Origin: Collinsella sp.
GTDB lineage: Bacteria; Actinomycetota; Coriobacteriia; Coriobacteriales; Coriobacteriaceae
Assembly (NCBI GenBank): GCA_048430645.1
Contig: DBFOME010000039.1
Span: 432-64,431, forward strand
Length of the DNA: 64,000 nucleotides
Reading direction: 5' to 3'
This document shows positions 1 to 8,184 of the stretch, one piece after another. The notes beneath the pieces are model-generated. The model saw only the letters and a list, made by a program, of their open reading frames with translations, ran no database searches and had not been told where the DNA came from. Numbering within the stretch: position 1 is the stretch's first letter; every line of letters begins with the position of its first letter. The position numbers and the translations under genes were made by a program.

Positions 1-136
1 CAAAGGCGGCAGGCGCAAAGCGCCGAGGCCGCCGCCGGGACCAGGGCCCGCAACAGCCACGTGCCCCCCCACATCAGCCCAGCGGCCCCAACCAACAACG
101 GCTCCATTGCAGGTCGCTTGCAGCAGCGTCACCGCA

Positions 137-266
137 GGCGGGGGCCGGGCTTAGTTTCCAGAACACTCCGCAGACCAGTGTGGCGCCTTGTCCGCGGCTC
201 CGAAGGAGCAGGACAAGGCGCCACACATGGTCGAGGACGTTCTGGAAACTAAGCCCGGCCCCCGCC
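137..266. repeat. Nested-palindrome intergenic element, family 1, copy A (13 nt downstream of asd stop)
   Basis: Outer arms GGCGGGGGCCGGGCTTAGTTTCCAGAAC (137-164) and GTTCTGGAAACTAAGCCCGGCCCCCGCC (239-266) are perfect complements. Inner hairpin GTGTGGCGCCTTGTCC / GGACAAGGCGCCACAC. Junction motifs CTCCGCAG and ATGGTCGAGGAC are shared with the other copies. Confidence 0.8.
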
Positions 267-278
267 GGACAGGTCACA

Positions 279-1304
279 CTACTCGCAGAGCAGCTTAGCG
301 ATCTGGACGGCGTTGGTTGCCGCGCCCTTACGGATTTGGTCGCCGCAGCACCAGAAGGTGATGCCGCGCGCAGCCTCGGGATTCGAGATGTCGCGGCGCA
401 CGCGACCGACCCAGATCAGGTCCTGGTCGGAGGTGTCCATCGGCATGGGGAAGCGGTCGTGCGCATCCTCGGCGCTCATGTCGTCAACCAGCTTCACGCC
501 CGGAGCGGCAGCCAGCGCGGCACGGGCCTCCTCAACCGTAATGTCACGCTCGAACTCGAGCGTAATGCTCTCGGAGTGCGAGCGCAGCACAGGCACGCGC
601 ACGCAGGTGCAGTTCACGCGCAGCTCGGGCAGGTGCATGATCTTGCGGCCCTCGTTTTGCAGCTTCATCTCCTCGGAGGTAAAGCCCTCCTCCTTGACGC
701 CGCCGATCTGCGGAATCAGGTTACTCGCCAGCTGGGCGGCAAACGCGCGCGGCTCGGGAATCTCCTCGCCACGGCCCAGGGCGGCCAACTGAGCCTCGAG
801 CTCGGCCATGCCGGGGGCGCCAGCACCCGAAGCCGCCTGGTACGTCGAGACGATCATGCGTTTCACGCCAGCGAGCTGATGCAGCGGCCACGTGGGAACC
901 AGGCCGATAATGGTCGCGCAGTTGGGGTTGGCGATAAGGCCGTGATGCCACTTGATGTCGTCGGCATTGATCTCGGGCACGACCAGCGGCACCTCGGGAT
1001 CCATGCGGAAGGCGTGGCTGTTGTCGACCACGACGGCGCCGCGCTTGACGGCCTCGGGCAGCAGCTCCTTCGTGATATCGTCGCCGGCGGCGCCAAGCAC
1101 AATATCGCAGCCCTCAAAGGCCTCGGAGCAAGCCTCTTCAATCACGATCTGCTCGCCACGGAACTCGACGGTCTTGCCCGCGGAGCGTGCACTTGCCAAC
1201 AGCTTGAGCTTGCTGACCGGGAACTCCTGCTCGTTGAGGCACTCGAGCATCTGGGTGCCCACGGCTCCCGTCGCGCCCAAAATAGCAACCGTGTACTGTT
1301 TCAT
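279..1304 (-). CDS. asd: Aspartate-semialdehyde dehydrogenase
   Basis: MKQYTVAILGATGAVGTQ NAD-binding N-terminus and the NPNCATI active-site Cys motif. Start re-picked to ATG 1304, preceded by a GGGGGA SD; the ORF-track start 1391 is upstream. Confidence 0.9.
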   Translation of the reverse strand: MKQYTVAILGATGAVGTQMLECLNEQEFPVSKLKLLASARSAGKTVEFRGEQIVIEEACSEAFEGCDIVLGAAGDDITKELLPEAVKRGAVVVDNSHAFRMDPEVPLVVPEINADDIKWHHGLIANPNCATIIGLVPTWPLHQLAGVKRMIVSTYQAASGAGAPGMAELEAQLAALGRGEEIPEPRAFAAQLASNLIPQIGGVKEEGFTSEEMKLQNEGRKIMHLPELRVNCTCVRVPVLRSHSESITLEFERDITVEEARAALAAAPGVKLVDDMSAEDAHDRFPMPMDTSDQDLIWVGRVRRDISNPEAARGITFWCCGDQIRKGAATNAVQIAKLLCE

Positions 1305-1478
1305 GCTTCCCCCTTTAAAGGTTTTGGCTTTTGCCCGCACGCCGAGCAGGCCGATTATTGTTGCCAGTGTATACAAGAACGGGGCAGGCACGAAACCCGC
1401 CCCGTCGAAACGAAACCGAAACGAAACGCCCCGCCGTAGATTTTTGGCGCGTGCCCCAACAATCTACCGAGACAGTCG

Positions 1479-2867
1479 CTACTTGTGGAGTGCTGACAGG
1501 GCGGGATCGACCGGCGCGGGAGCCTCCAGGTCGGAGACCTTCACAATGCCGTTCTCATCGGAGAAGGCACGGTAGATGGTCTGGATCGCCAGATCGAAGT
1601 CCTTCTCCTCGACACCGATAATGATGTTGATCTCGTCGCAGCTCTGCGAAATCATGCGCACGCTCACGCCGGCCTGGCCAAGCATGCCAAACAGATGGCC
1701 CGAGATGCCCGCGCGACCGCGCAGGTTACGGCCAACGGTCGCAATGAGCGCCAAGCCCTCGACAACCTCGATCTCGAGCGGCTCGACCTCCTGCTGAATG
1801 TCGCCCACGAGCGAGTACAGCGAATCGTGAACGTCCTGCTCCTGCACCACGGCGCCAAAGCGGTCGACACCGGTGGGCATGTGCTCGACGGAAACGTCAT
1901 AGCGCTCGAAGACCGAAAGTGCGCGGCGCATAAAGCCGACGCGAGGCTTGGTGCGGTCGCGGGCGACGTTGATGGCGACAAAGCCGCGCTTGCCGGTCAC
2001 GCCGGTAATGATGGGCTCTGCCTCGCCCTCGTCAGCCGTCTCGCTAATGATGGTGCCGGGGTCCTGCGGCGCATTGGTGTTCTTGATGACCAGCGGAATA
2101 CCCGCCTCACGCACGGGGAATACGGCTTCCTCGTGCAGGACGCTCGCACCCATGTACGAAAGTTCGCGCAATTCCTCGTAGGTAACGCGGGCGATGGGCT
2201 GAGCCTCGGGAACAATACGCGGATCGGCAGAATAGAAGCCCGAGACGTCGGTCCAGTTCTCGTACAGGTCGGCGCCCAGGCACTTGGCCAAAATCGAGCC
2301 GGAAATATCGCCGCCGCCACGGTCGAGCAGCTTGATCTGGCCCTCACGCGTCGCGCCGTAGAAACCGGGCATAACAAAGCCGCCCTGTTGACCGTACTCC
2401 TGCACCAGCTCGGAGGTGCGATTCATGCTGAGCGTACCGTCGTGATGGAACGCCACAACCGTCGCGGCGTCCAAGAACGGCAGGCCTAGGTACTCTGCCA
2501 TCAGGCGAGCGGTGAAGTACTCGCCACGGCTCACGAGCTCCTCAGTAGAGTAGCCGCCCGAGCGGGCGCGCTCGGCAAAGGCCGCGAACTCCTCGCGGAT
2601 GGGATAGGTGAGCTCCAACTCGTCAGCGATATCAAAATAGCGCTGGCCGATGTCCTCGAGTAGTTCCTCGCACGACACGTGATACTTAACGTGCGCGTTA
2701 ACCAGGTAGAGCAGGTCGGTTACCTTAGTGTCGCCCTTAAAGCGGCGGCCGCAGGCGGAAACCACCACAAAACGGCGGGCAGGGTCGGCATCGACGATGG
2801 CCTTGATCTTTTTGAAGTGTTCGGCGTCGGCGACCGACGAGCCGCCAAACTTGGCAATCTTAATCAT
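1479..2867 (-). CDS. lysC: Aspartate kinase (monofunctional, with C-terminal ACT domains)
   Basis: MIKIAKFGGSSV (the KFGGSS kinase motif), 462 aa, adjacent to asd. Isozyme assignment is uncertain. Confidence 0.85.
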   Translation of the reverse strand: MIKIAKFGGSSVADAEHFKKIKAIVDADPARRFVVVSACGRRFKGDTKVTDLLYLVNAHVKYHVSCEELLEDIGQRYFDIADELELTYPIREEFAAFAERARSGGYSTEELVSRGEYFTARLMAEYLGLPFLDAATVVAFHHDGTLSMNRTSELVQEYGQQGGFVMPGFYGATREGQIKLLDRGGGDISGSILAKCLGADLYENWTDVSGFYSADPRIVPEAQPIARVTYEELRELSYMGASVLHEEAVFPVREAGIPLVIKNTNAPQDPGTIISETADEGEAEPIITGVTGKRGFVAINVARDRTKPRVGFMRRALSVFERYDVSVEHMPTGVDRFGAVVQEQDVHDSLYSLVGDIQQEVEPLEIEVVEGLALIATVGRNLRGRAGISGHLFGMLGQAGVSVRMISQSCDEINIIIGVEEKDFDLAIQTIYRAFSDENGIVKVSDLEAPAPVDPALSALHK

Positions 2868-2971
2868 GGGCTGGAGGTTACCTTTCTAAAAAGCCTCTGC
2901 GAACCTATTTTGCGCGCTCTGATACCATGGTTTCACCGATTGGGACCAAGGCATCCGAGGAGCAGTGTTAT

Positions 2972-4489
2972 ATGGGAACTTATCATAGTACACGAGGACG
3001 CACTTTATCGTGCTCAAGTAAGGTGGCAATCCGTACCGGCATCGCTCCCGACGGGGGTTTGTTTGTCTCGGACGAGCTCGGCACCCAGCAGGTCGATATC
3101 AGCTCGCTTGCAGATAAATCGTACTTTGAAATCGCTCAAGATGTGTTGGGAATGTTACTGAATGATTACACGGCCGAAGAAATTTCGGCGAGTGTCGACG
3201 AGGCATACCGCGGCACGTTCGCGAGTGAAGAGGTTACGCCGCTCGTCAAACTCGACGCTGCGCCGGGCGCTGACGCCCCCCAGACCTATGTGATGGAACT
3301 CTTTGGCGGTCCCACGAGTGCCTTCAAGGACGTCGCCCTGCAGATGCTCCCCCGCCTCATGGCCCGCACTTCCGCCAAGGACGGCGGCGCCGAGCGCATC
3401 ATGATCGTCACCGCCACGTCGGGCGACACCGGCAAGGCCGCGCTCGCCGGTTTTGCCGACGCTCCGGGCACAGGCATCACCGTCTTTTATCCCGAGGGCA
3501 AGGTCAGCCGCGTCCAGAACCTGCAGATGTCCACGCAGGAGGGCGACAACGTCGCCGTCTGCGGTATCCGCGGCAACTTTGACGACGCCCAGAGCGCCGT
3601 CAAGCGCATCTTTGCCGATAAGGAGCTTGCCGAGCGTCTGGAGGCCGCCGGCACGGTGCTTTCGAGCGCCAACTCCATCAACGTCGGCCGCCTGGTACCG
3701 CAGGTCGTCTACTACTTTGCCGCCTATGCGCAGCTGCTGCGCGCCGGCGCCATCGAGGCCGGCGACGCCGTGGAGTTCTGCGTACCGACCGGCAACTTTG
3801 GCGATATCTTGGCCGGCTACTACGCCAAGCGCATGGGTCTGCCCGTCGCCAAGCTCGTCGTGGCGAGCGACAAGAACAACGTGCTTGCCGACTTCCTGAC
3901 CACCGGCGTTTACGACCGTAACCGCCCGTTCTTCACGACCATCTCGCCGTCGATGGACATCCTTATTAGCTCCAACCTCGAGCGCATGCTCTACTTCCTG
4001 TCCGATGGCGACTGCGAACTCGTTGCCGGCCTTATGGAGCAGCTGGCACAGACTGGTCGCTACGAGGTTCCCGCCGACCTGCTGGCAAAGATTCAGAGCG
4101 TCTTTGGCTGCGGTTGGGCCAGCGAGGACGAGGTCCGCGCTGCCATCAAGAGTTGCTGGGATGCGAACGGCTACGTGATCGACCCGCACACCGCCTGCGG
4201 CTATCACGTCTTTGAGCAGGTCGTTCCCGCCGAGGGTGCCAAGGCCCGCGTGCTGCTTTCGACCGCCAGCCCCTACAAGTTCCCGCGCGCCTGCTGCGAC
4301 GCCCTGGGCCTCGACGTTCCCGAGGATGATTTTGAGGCTATGCGTGTGCTCGAGCAGGCCACCAACACGGTCGCCCCGAGCCAGCTCGCCGAACTCGAAT
4401 CCAAACCCGTACGCTTCGAAGACGTCTGCGACGTCGATGAGATGGCAAGCTACGTCGAGTCCGCAGCAAAACGAATGAGTGCCAACTAG
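2972..4489 (+). CDS. thrC: Threonine synthase (long form)
   Basis: YHSTRG...GIAPDGGLFV N-terminus and the PLP lysine motif SAFKD. Start taken at MGTYHSTRG (ATG 2972) rather than the track start 2927. Confidence 0.9.
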   Translation: MGTYHSTRGRTLSCSSKVAIRTGIAPDGGLFVSDELGTQQVDISSLADKSYFEIAQDVLGMLLNDYTAEEISASVDEAYRGTFASEEVTPLVKLDAAPGADAPQTYVMELFGGPTSAFKDVALQMLPRLMARTSAKDGGAERIMIVTATSGDTGKAALAGFADAPGTGITVFYPEGKVSRVQNLQMSTQEGDNVAVCGIRGNFDDAQSAVKRIFADKELAERLEAAGTVLSSANSINVGRLVPQVVYYFAAYAQLLRAGAIEAGDAVEFCVPTGNFGDILAGYYAKRMGLPVAKLVVASDKNNVLADFLTTGVYDRNRPFFTTISPSMDILISSNLERMLYFLSDGDCELVAGLMEQLAQTGRYEVPADLLAKIQSVFGCGWASEDEVRAAIKSCWDANGYVIDPHTACGYHVFEQVVPAEGAKARVLLSTASPYKFPRACCDALGLDVPEDDFEAMRVLEQATNTVAPSQLAELESKPVRFEDVCDVDEMASYVESAAKRMSAN

Positions 4490-4501
4490 ATCCCTTATTA
4501 A

Positions 4502-4521
4502 GCGCCGGCGAAAGCCGGCGC
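4502..4521 (+). terminator. GC hairpin just after the thrC stop (terminator or attenuator-like)
   Basis: GCGCCGG-CGAAAG-CCGGCGC followed by ACCTTCTTTC. The T tract is weak. Confidence 0.35.
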
Positions 4522-4566
4522 ACCTTCTTTCATCAGATAACCCCCGGGATGATGACGAACTGACAT

Positions 4567-4678
4567 GCGGGTCTGCCTGTTTAGTTCGTCGCGAGTTCCG
4601 CACGAGCCGGAAAGCACTTAATGTGCTTTCCGAGCGAGCCAGGACTGCCCGAGCAGCGAACTAAACAGGCAGACCCGC
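4567..4678. repeat. Nested-palindrome element, divergent family-1 member, inside the thrC-thrB intercistronic gap
   Basis: 22-bp perfect outer arms GCGGGTCTGCCTGTTTAGTTCG (4567-4588) / CGAACTAAACAGGCAGACCCGC (4657-4678). Inner hairpin CCGGAAAGCAC-TTAA-TGTGCTTTCCG. Junctions TTCCGCA and CCAGGAC resemble the family-1 motifs. Confidence 0.7.
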
Positions 4679-4692
4679 CCAGGAGGACCCAC

Positions 4693-5574
4693 ATGATCAA
4701 GATCACCGTCCCAGCAACAAGCGCCAACCTAGGCATTGGCTACGATACCCTCGGCATGGCCGTCAGCCTCTACTCGCACTTCACCTTCGAGCGCGCCGAC
4801 AAGCTCACCATCACGGGCTGCCCCGAGGAGTTCCAAAACGAGAATAACCTGGTCTATGTGAGCTTTGTCGATGCTCTGGCCGCCTGGGGCGAGCCGGCTT
4901 TTCCCGTTGCTATCGACATTCAGACCGACGTGCCCGTCGCCCGCGGCCTGGGTTCCAGCTCCACCTGCGTCGTCGCCGGCATCATGGCAGCCGCCGCGCT
5001 GACGGGCCACACCGTCGACCGTGCCGAGCTCGTCCGCATTGCCACCGAGGTCGAGGGCCATCCCGATAACGTCGCCCCCGCCATCCTGGGCGGCGCCGTC
5101 TGCTCCTTTACGCCGACCGACTCGCTGCCCCAGTGTCTGCGCTACGAGGTGAGCGATCGCTTGCGTTTTATTACCGTGATTCCACCTTACGAGGTGCACA
5201 CGAGTGAGGCGCGCAAGGTTGTGCCGCAAGAGATTCCACTCTCCACCGCCGTATGGCAAATGGGCCGCATCGCCGGCATGACGCGCGGCCTGGAGACCGG
5301 CGACCTTGACCTGATTGCCGCCGCCAACGACGACCGCATCCAGGAGCCCTATCGCCGCCGCCTCATCCCCGACTACAACGCTGTGCGCGACACCTGCCTT
5401 AACGGAGGCGCCAAGACCATCTGGATCAGTGGCTCCGGCTCGACCCTCATGGCCGTGACTGACGACACCATCGTGGCAAAGTTCCTACAGGTCAAGCTGC
5501 GCGAACAGTTCCCTAAGTGTGATACGCATATCCTCACGTGCGACACCGAGGGCGCTCAAATCGAGTACCTGTAG
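4693..5574 (+). CDS. thrB: Homoserine kinase
   Basis: MIKITVPATSANLGIGYD and the GHMP motif GLGSSST. AGGAGG SD at 4681-4686 before ATG 4693. Confidence 0.9.
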   Translation: MIKITVPATSANLGIGYDTLGMAVSLYSHFTFERADKLTITGCPEEFQNENNLVYVSFVDALAAWGEPAFPVAIDIQTDVPVARGLGSSSTCVVAGIMAAAALTGHTVDRAELVRIATEVEGHPDNVAPAILGGAVCSFTPTDSLPQCLRYEVSDRLRFITVIPPYEVHTSEARKVVPQEIPLSTAVWQMGRIAGMTRGLETGDLDLIAAANDDRIQEPYRRRLIPDYNAVRDTCLNGGAKTIWISGSGSTLMAVTDDTIVAKFLQVKLREQFPKCDTHILTCDTEGAQIEYL

Positions 5575-5597
5575 CGCCCTGCCTCATTGCTCTCACC

Positions 5598-5714
5598 GGT
5601 CCCTTTGGGGCTTCCCCTGAAAACGTCCTCGATCATGAATTGCCCCGTCGTGCGCTTCGCGCGACGGGGCAATTCGATCTGCGGATTGTTTTCAGGGGAA
5701 GCCCCAAAGGGACC
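5598..5714. repeat. Nested-palindrome element, family 1, copy B (inverted orientation, downstream of thrB)
   Basis: Outer arms GGTCCCTTTGGGGCTTCCCCTGAAAAC / GTTTTCAGGGGAAGCCCCAAAGGGACC. Inner hairpin AATTGCCCCGTCG / CGACGGGGCAATT. The reverse complement carries AATCCGCAG and CATGATCGAGGAC. Confidence 0.8.
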
Positions 5715-5784
5715 TGCACAGCCTCGACAGGATAGTCGCATTCACTGATTTAATCTTGTGCTCCAACGGAGCCACAGACGAGAG

Positions 5785-5828
5785 GCCTTCGCGCTGCGGA
5801 ATAATTTTGAGGGGAACACCCCGACCAT
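5785..5828. repeat. Solo half-copy of the family-1 element
   Basis: GCGCTGCGGAATAATTTTGAGGGGAACACCCCGACC aligns with the right half of copy B (GATCTGCGGATTGTTTTCAGGGGAAGCCCCAAAGGGACC). No partner arm was found. Confidence 0.4.
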
Positions 5829-5971
5829 CCCTGCGTTTACCTTGCTGAGGATGTCTACAGGGACCCACGCTTTGAAGGGGCGCCGGGCAGATAGGGGCTT
5901 TTTAGGTTACATAATAAACTGTTAATCTATGCTACTATTTAACTAGGCATCGCAGTATGGAGGTGGTCAAA

Positions 5972-6487
5972 GTGTTACGCACACTCAAAGCTTCGTTTTT
6001 CCTCTCGATACTTTTGATATTACCGATATGTTTCTCGTTTAGCCCTTCGACTGCTTATGCCGCAGAAAGCGATGCTGTCGCAATTTCTGGCGCAACCCAA
6101 GATTTTGATTTAACGAAAGGTCCCGAGCAGTCTCATCAAATCAAGCTTAAGGATGGGACCGTTGCAGTAATAGGAATTAAAAAAACCAATGAACCCAGCC
6201 TGATATGGGACAGTTACTACAACAACGCATCTGGAACTTGGACTATCTATTACAACAGTCCTTTTATTTATCGCGAATTCAAGATCAAGATAGCGAACTC
6301 GCTCATTACCAGCGCTTGGGGACAAAACTATACGACTATCGGCTGTACGGTAACTAACGAGTCCTTTATATGGAACTCGAAACAGGCGACATATCGACTC
6401 AACTATGAATCGATGGGGATGACGTCCGGTATCGCCGTGTTGCAAGCGACCATGGAAGGCAGCACGCTCCACACCTATGCAAACTAG
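5972..6487 (+). CDS. Hypothetical secreted protein (Sec signal peptide, beta-rich), in the low-GC islet
   Basis: GGAGGTGG SD then GTG 5972, giving MLRTLKASFFLSILLILPICFSFSPSTAYA-AESD (signal peptide with an AYA cleavage site). Alternative ATG at 5957. About 40% GC. No family confidently recognised. Confidence 0.6.
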   Translation: MLRTLKASFFLSILLILPICFSFSPSTAYAAESDAVAISGATQDFDLTKGPEQSHQIKLKDGTVAVIGIKKTNEPSLIWDSYYNNASGTWTIYYNSPFIYREFKIKIANSLITSAWGQNYTTIGCTVTNESFIWNSKQATYRLNYESMGMTSGIAVLQATMEGSTLHTYAN

Positions 6488-6511
6488 ACTCACATCAATT
6501 GAGGAAGTTCA

Positions 6512-6616
6512 ATGATTCCAATTCCTGCACGCTCAGACATTATGATCGCTCTCGTTTGGATTCTCATCGGAGTGTTTATTTGGCGTATCTGCAAATGGGT
6601 TAAAAACAAGAAATAG
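6512..6616 (+). CDS. 34-aa single-TM small membrane peptide
   Basis: Not in the ORF track because it is under 60 aa. GAGGAAG SD at 6501-6507, ATG 6512, TAG 6614-6616. Translation: MIPIPARSDIMIALVWILIGVFIWRICKWVKNKK (hydrophobic core with a basic tail). Lies 25 nt after the preceding stop. Confidence 0.45.
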   Translation: MIPIPARSDIMIALVWILIGVFIWRICKWVKNKK

Positions 6617-6649
6617 TTGATAAAACGTATATGCCATTTATGCGATGCT

Positions 6650-6669
6650 TGGGGCCGTTAAATCGGCCC
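6650..6669 (+). terminator. Hairpin terminator after the small-peptide ORF
   Basis: GGGGCCG-TTAAAT-CGGCCCC followed by TATTTCTAT. Confidence 0.45.
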
Positions 6670-6818
6670 CTATTTCTATAGCTTTTCAAGCAGCAGTCAC
6701 CCATTTGGAAGTCGCAATGCCATTCATACGATTTCGGCCCTTTAAGCCGCTTTCTATTGGTAGGGACTCTTGCTGGTAAGGATTGCTTACTAGATACAAA
6801 CCTCGGCAATAAATTGGG

Positions 6819-7517
6819 TTAGGCTGCGCTGGTTTCTTTGTATTCGAAGACTGGTTCTAGGAGGTCTTCGATGTTGCAGTGTAGGACTTTTGCAATATCC
6901 CTCACTGTCGTTACCGAGGCTTCGTTGATGTTTCGCTGGCGCTGTTCGTACATTTGGATTGAACGGAGCGATACACCCGATTCGTATGCCAGGTCTTGTT
7001 GGGTTTTTTTAATCCTCTTTCTTGCTAGCGCCAGTTTAGTCTGACGCGGCGCCTTCTTCGCCATATCACAGACAAGGCGCGCCACGCGCTCCTCCGAGGC
7101 CTCATGCCAGGGGTAGTACAGGTTTCGCAGCGCATCAAATGGAACAACATGAAGCAGATCTTCGAACGATTCCCCTAGGCGCCACTGCAAATATGCCAGT
7201 ATCCAGCCCGTCCAATATTCTGGTGTCTTCTCAAATCGGTAGGTCCGATCTGGCATCGACCCTGTTTGGTAACCAGATCTTTCGGAGATGAGCGCAAATA
7301 GTTCAACGCCCGATTTTCCCGACACTACCCATGCGTTGCCGCGCTCAAACTCGCGAGCTACGCCGCTCAGGCAAAAGAGTTCAGCGACTTCTGATCCTTC
7401 TGCTCCATAATCGTTAACGGCATAGTCAAAGCAGTCGCCGAGGTTGTTCATTGCATCCTCGAGGTAGTAGACGGGGTATGTCCTACTCGGCCCACAATCC
7501 GTTAACTCTTGGATCAT
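6819..7517 (-). CDS. Two-domain protein: helical N-domain of unknown function plus a C-terminal XRE-type HTH
   Basis: The C-terminus LARKRIKKTQQDLAYESGVSLRSIQMYEQRQRNINEASVTTVRDIAKVL is a classical HTH_3. The N-terminal ~150 aa is unassigned (possibly DUF3791-like, from memory only). The gene overlaps the upstream gene by 35 nt; an alternative ATG is at 7451. Confidence 0.7.
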   Translation of the reverse strand: MIQELTDCGPSRTYPVYYLEDAMNNLGDCFDYAVNDYGAEGSEVAELFCLSGVAREFERGNAWVVSGKSGVELFALISERSGYQTGSMPDRTYRFEKTPEYWTGWILAYLQWRLGESFEDLLHVVPFDALRNLYYPWHEASEERVARLVCDMAKKAPRQTKLALARKRIKKTQQDLAYESGVSLRSIQMYEQRQRNINEASVTTVRDIAKVLHCNIEDLLEPVFEYKETSAA

Positions 7518-8166
7518 TTAAATCAACCCTCCCTGCCATCAAATCCCTAATGTCGACACCATCAGAGTCAAATCCGTTTACCGTATCCAGGTACTTACGT
7601 CGAGCATTCTGTTCTCGCTCAAATCGTTTGGGATAAAACTCGGCTCCCGAGGCCTGTTTCCATTCGCGGAACCTGATCGCCGAGAACGCGCGCTCACTCA
7701 TAAGCGCATATTGAATGCCCAAATCCCCCAAAAACATAATGCGCTGCAATTGTCTGAGCGAAATCATGCCGTTAACGAACTGTCTTGCAAACGAAAAGTA
7801 GGAATCGTCAGCGCGATAGCCTCGAATAACGTCATAGGGAGAAATATCAATCAGGCAGTTGTCCAGCAAATACCGAAGTCCTTCGCGTGCCAGCGGCGTC
7901 GAGACATTAAACTCCCGGTTGTCGGCCAAAATCGCAAGCCAATTGAGGATTGAAAACTCCCCAGACTCTAAATCCAAGACCGAAAGGCCATCTAAATCAA
8001 GCTCATATCGATTGGCAATGCCATCAGACTCAGTCCGGCATGCCCACTCCATTGCCATTTCTTCATGCGGCGTGCAATAAAACCCGCGCCCATAGTCATT
8101 GAATTGCCTACATTTATCCAACGATGGATGCTCGACAACAACGTCCGATCCGTGCCATAACTCCAT
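7483..8166 (-). CDS. DUF3990-like protein with a PARP/ADP-ribosyltransferase-type H-G-S and G-x-G-F-Y signature
   Basis: MELWHGSDVV...NDYGRGFYCT, compared with the PARP catalytic core LLWHGSR...GKGIYFA. ATG 8166 is preceded by GGAGG; the track start 8178 is a TTG. About 42% GC. Confidence 0.65.
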   Translation of the reverse strand: MELWHGSDVVVEHPSLDKCRQFNDYGRGFYCTPHEEMAMEWACRTESDGIANRYELDLDGLSVLDLESGEFSILNWLAILADNREFNVSTPLAREGLRYLLDNCLIDISPYDVIRGYRADDSYFSFARQFVNGMISLRQLQRIMFLGDLGIQYALMSERAFSAIRFREWKQASGAEFYPKRFEREQNARRKYLDTVNGFDSDGVDIRDLMAGRVDLNDPRVNGLWAE

Positions 8167-8184
8167 ATCGACCTCCAAACAAAA

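Noticed and set aside
1-107. Possible 5-prime end of a minus-strand gene running off the left edge (ATG at 107, MEPLLVGAAGLMWGGTWLLRALVPAAAS...).
   Set aside because: Only 35 codons are visible, with no SD or recognisable motif. It cannot be supported.
180-1439. Long ORFs antisense to recognised genes. Examples: 180-1439 (+), 3155-4603 (-), 8238-9398 (+), 19695-21653 (+), 30828-32546 (+), 45724-47712 (+), 61404-62681 (-) and 62894-63994 (-).
   Set aside because: They lie opposite genes with clear family motifs. Their products are Arg/Ala/Gly/His-rich and low-complexity, as expected for shadow ORFs in high-GC DNA. They have no SD or recognisable domains.
5538-5741. Small ORFs on both strands across the palindromic repeats (5538-5735, 5556-5741, 18935-19141, 19036-19236, 56621-56926), which give similar peptides such as FRGSPKGT and EDVLE.
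   Set aside because: The similarity and two-strand symmetry are a direct consequence of the palindromic DNA. They have no SD and there is no coding periodicity beyond the repeat.
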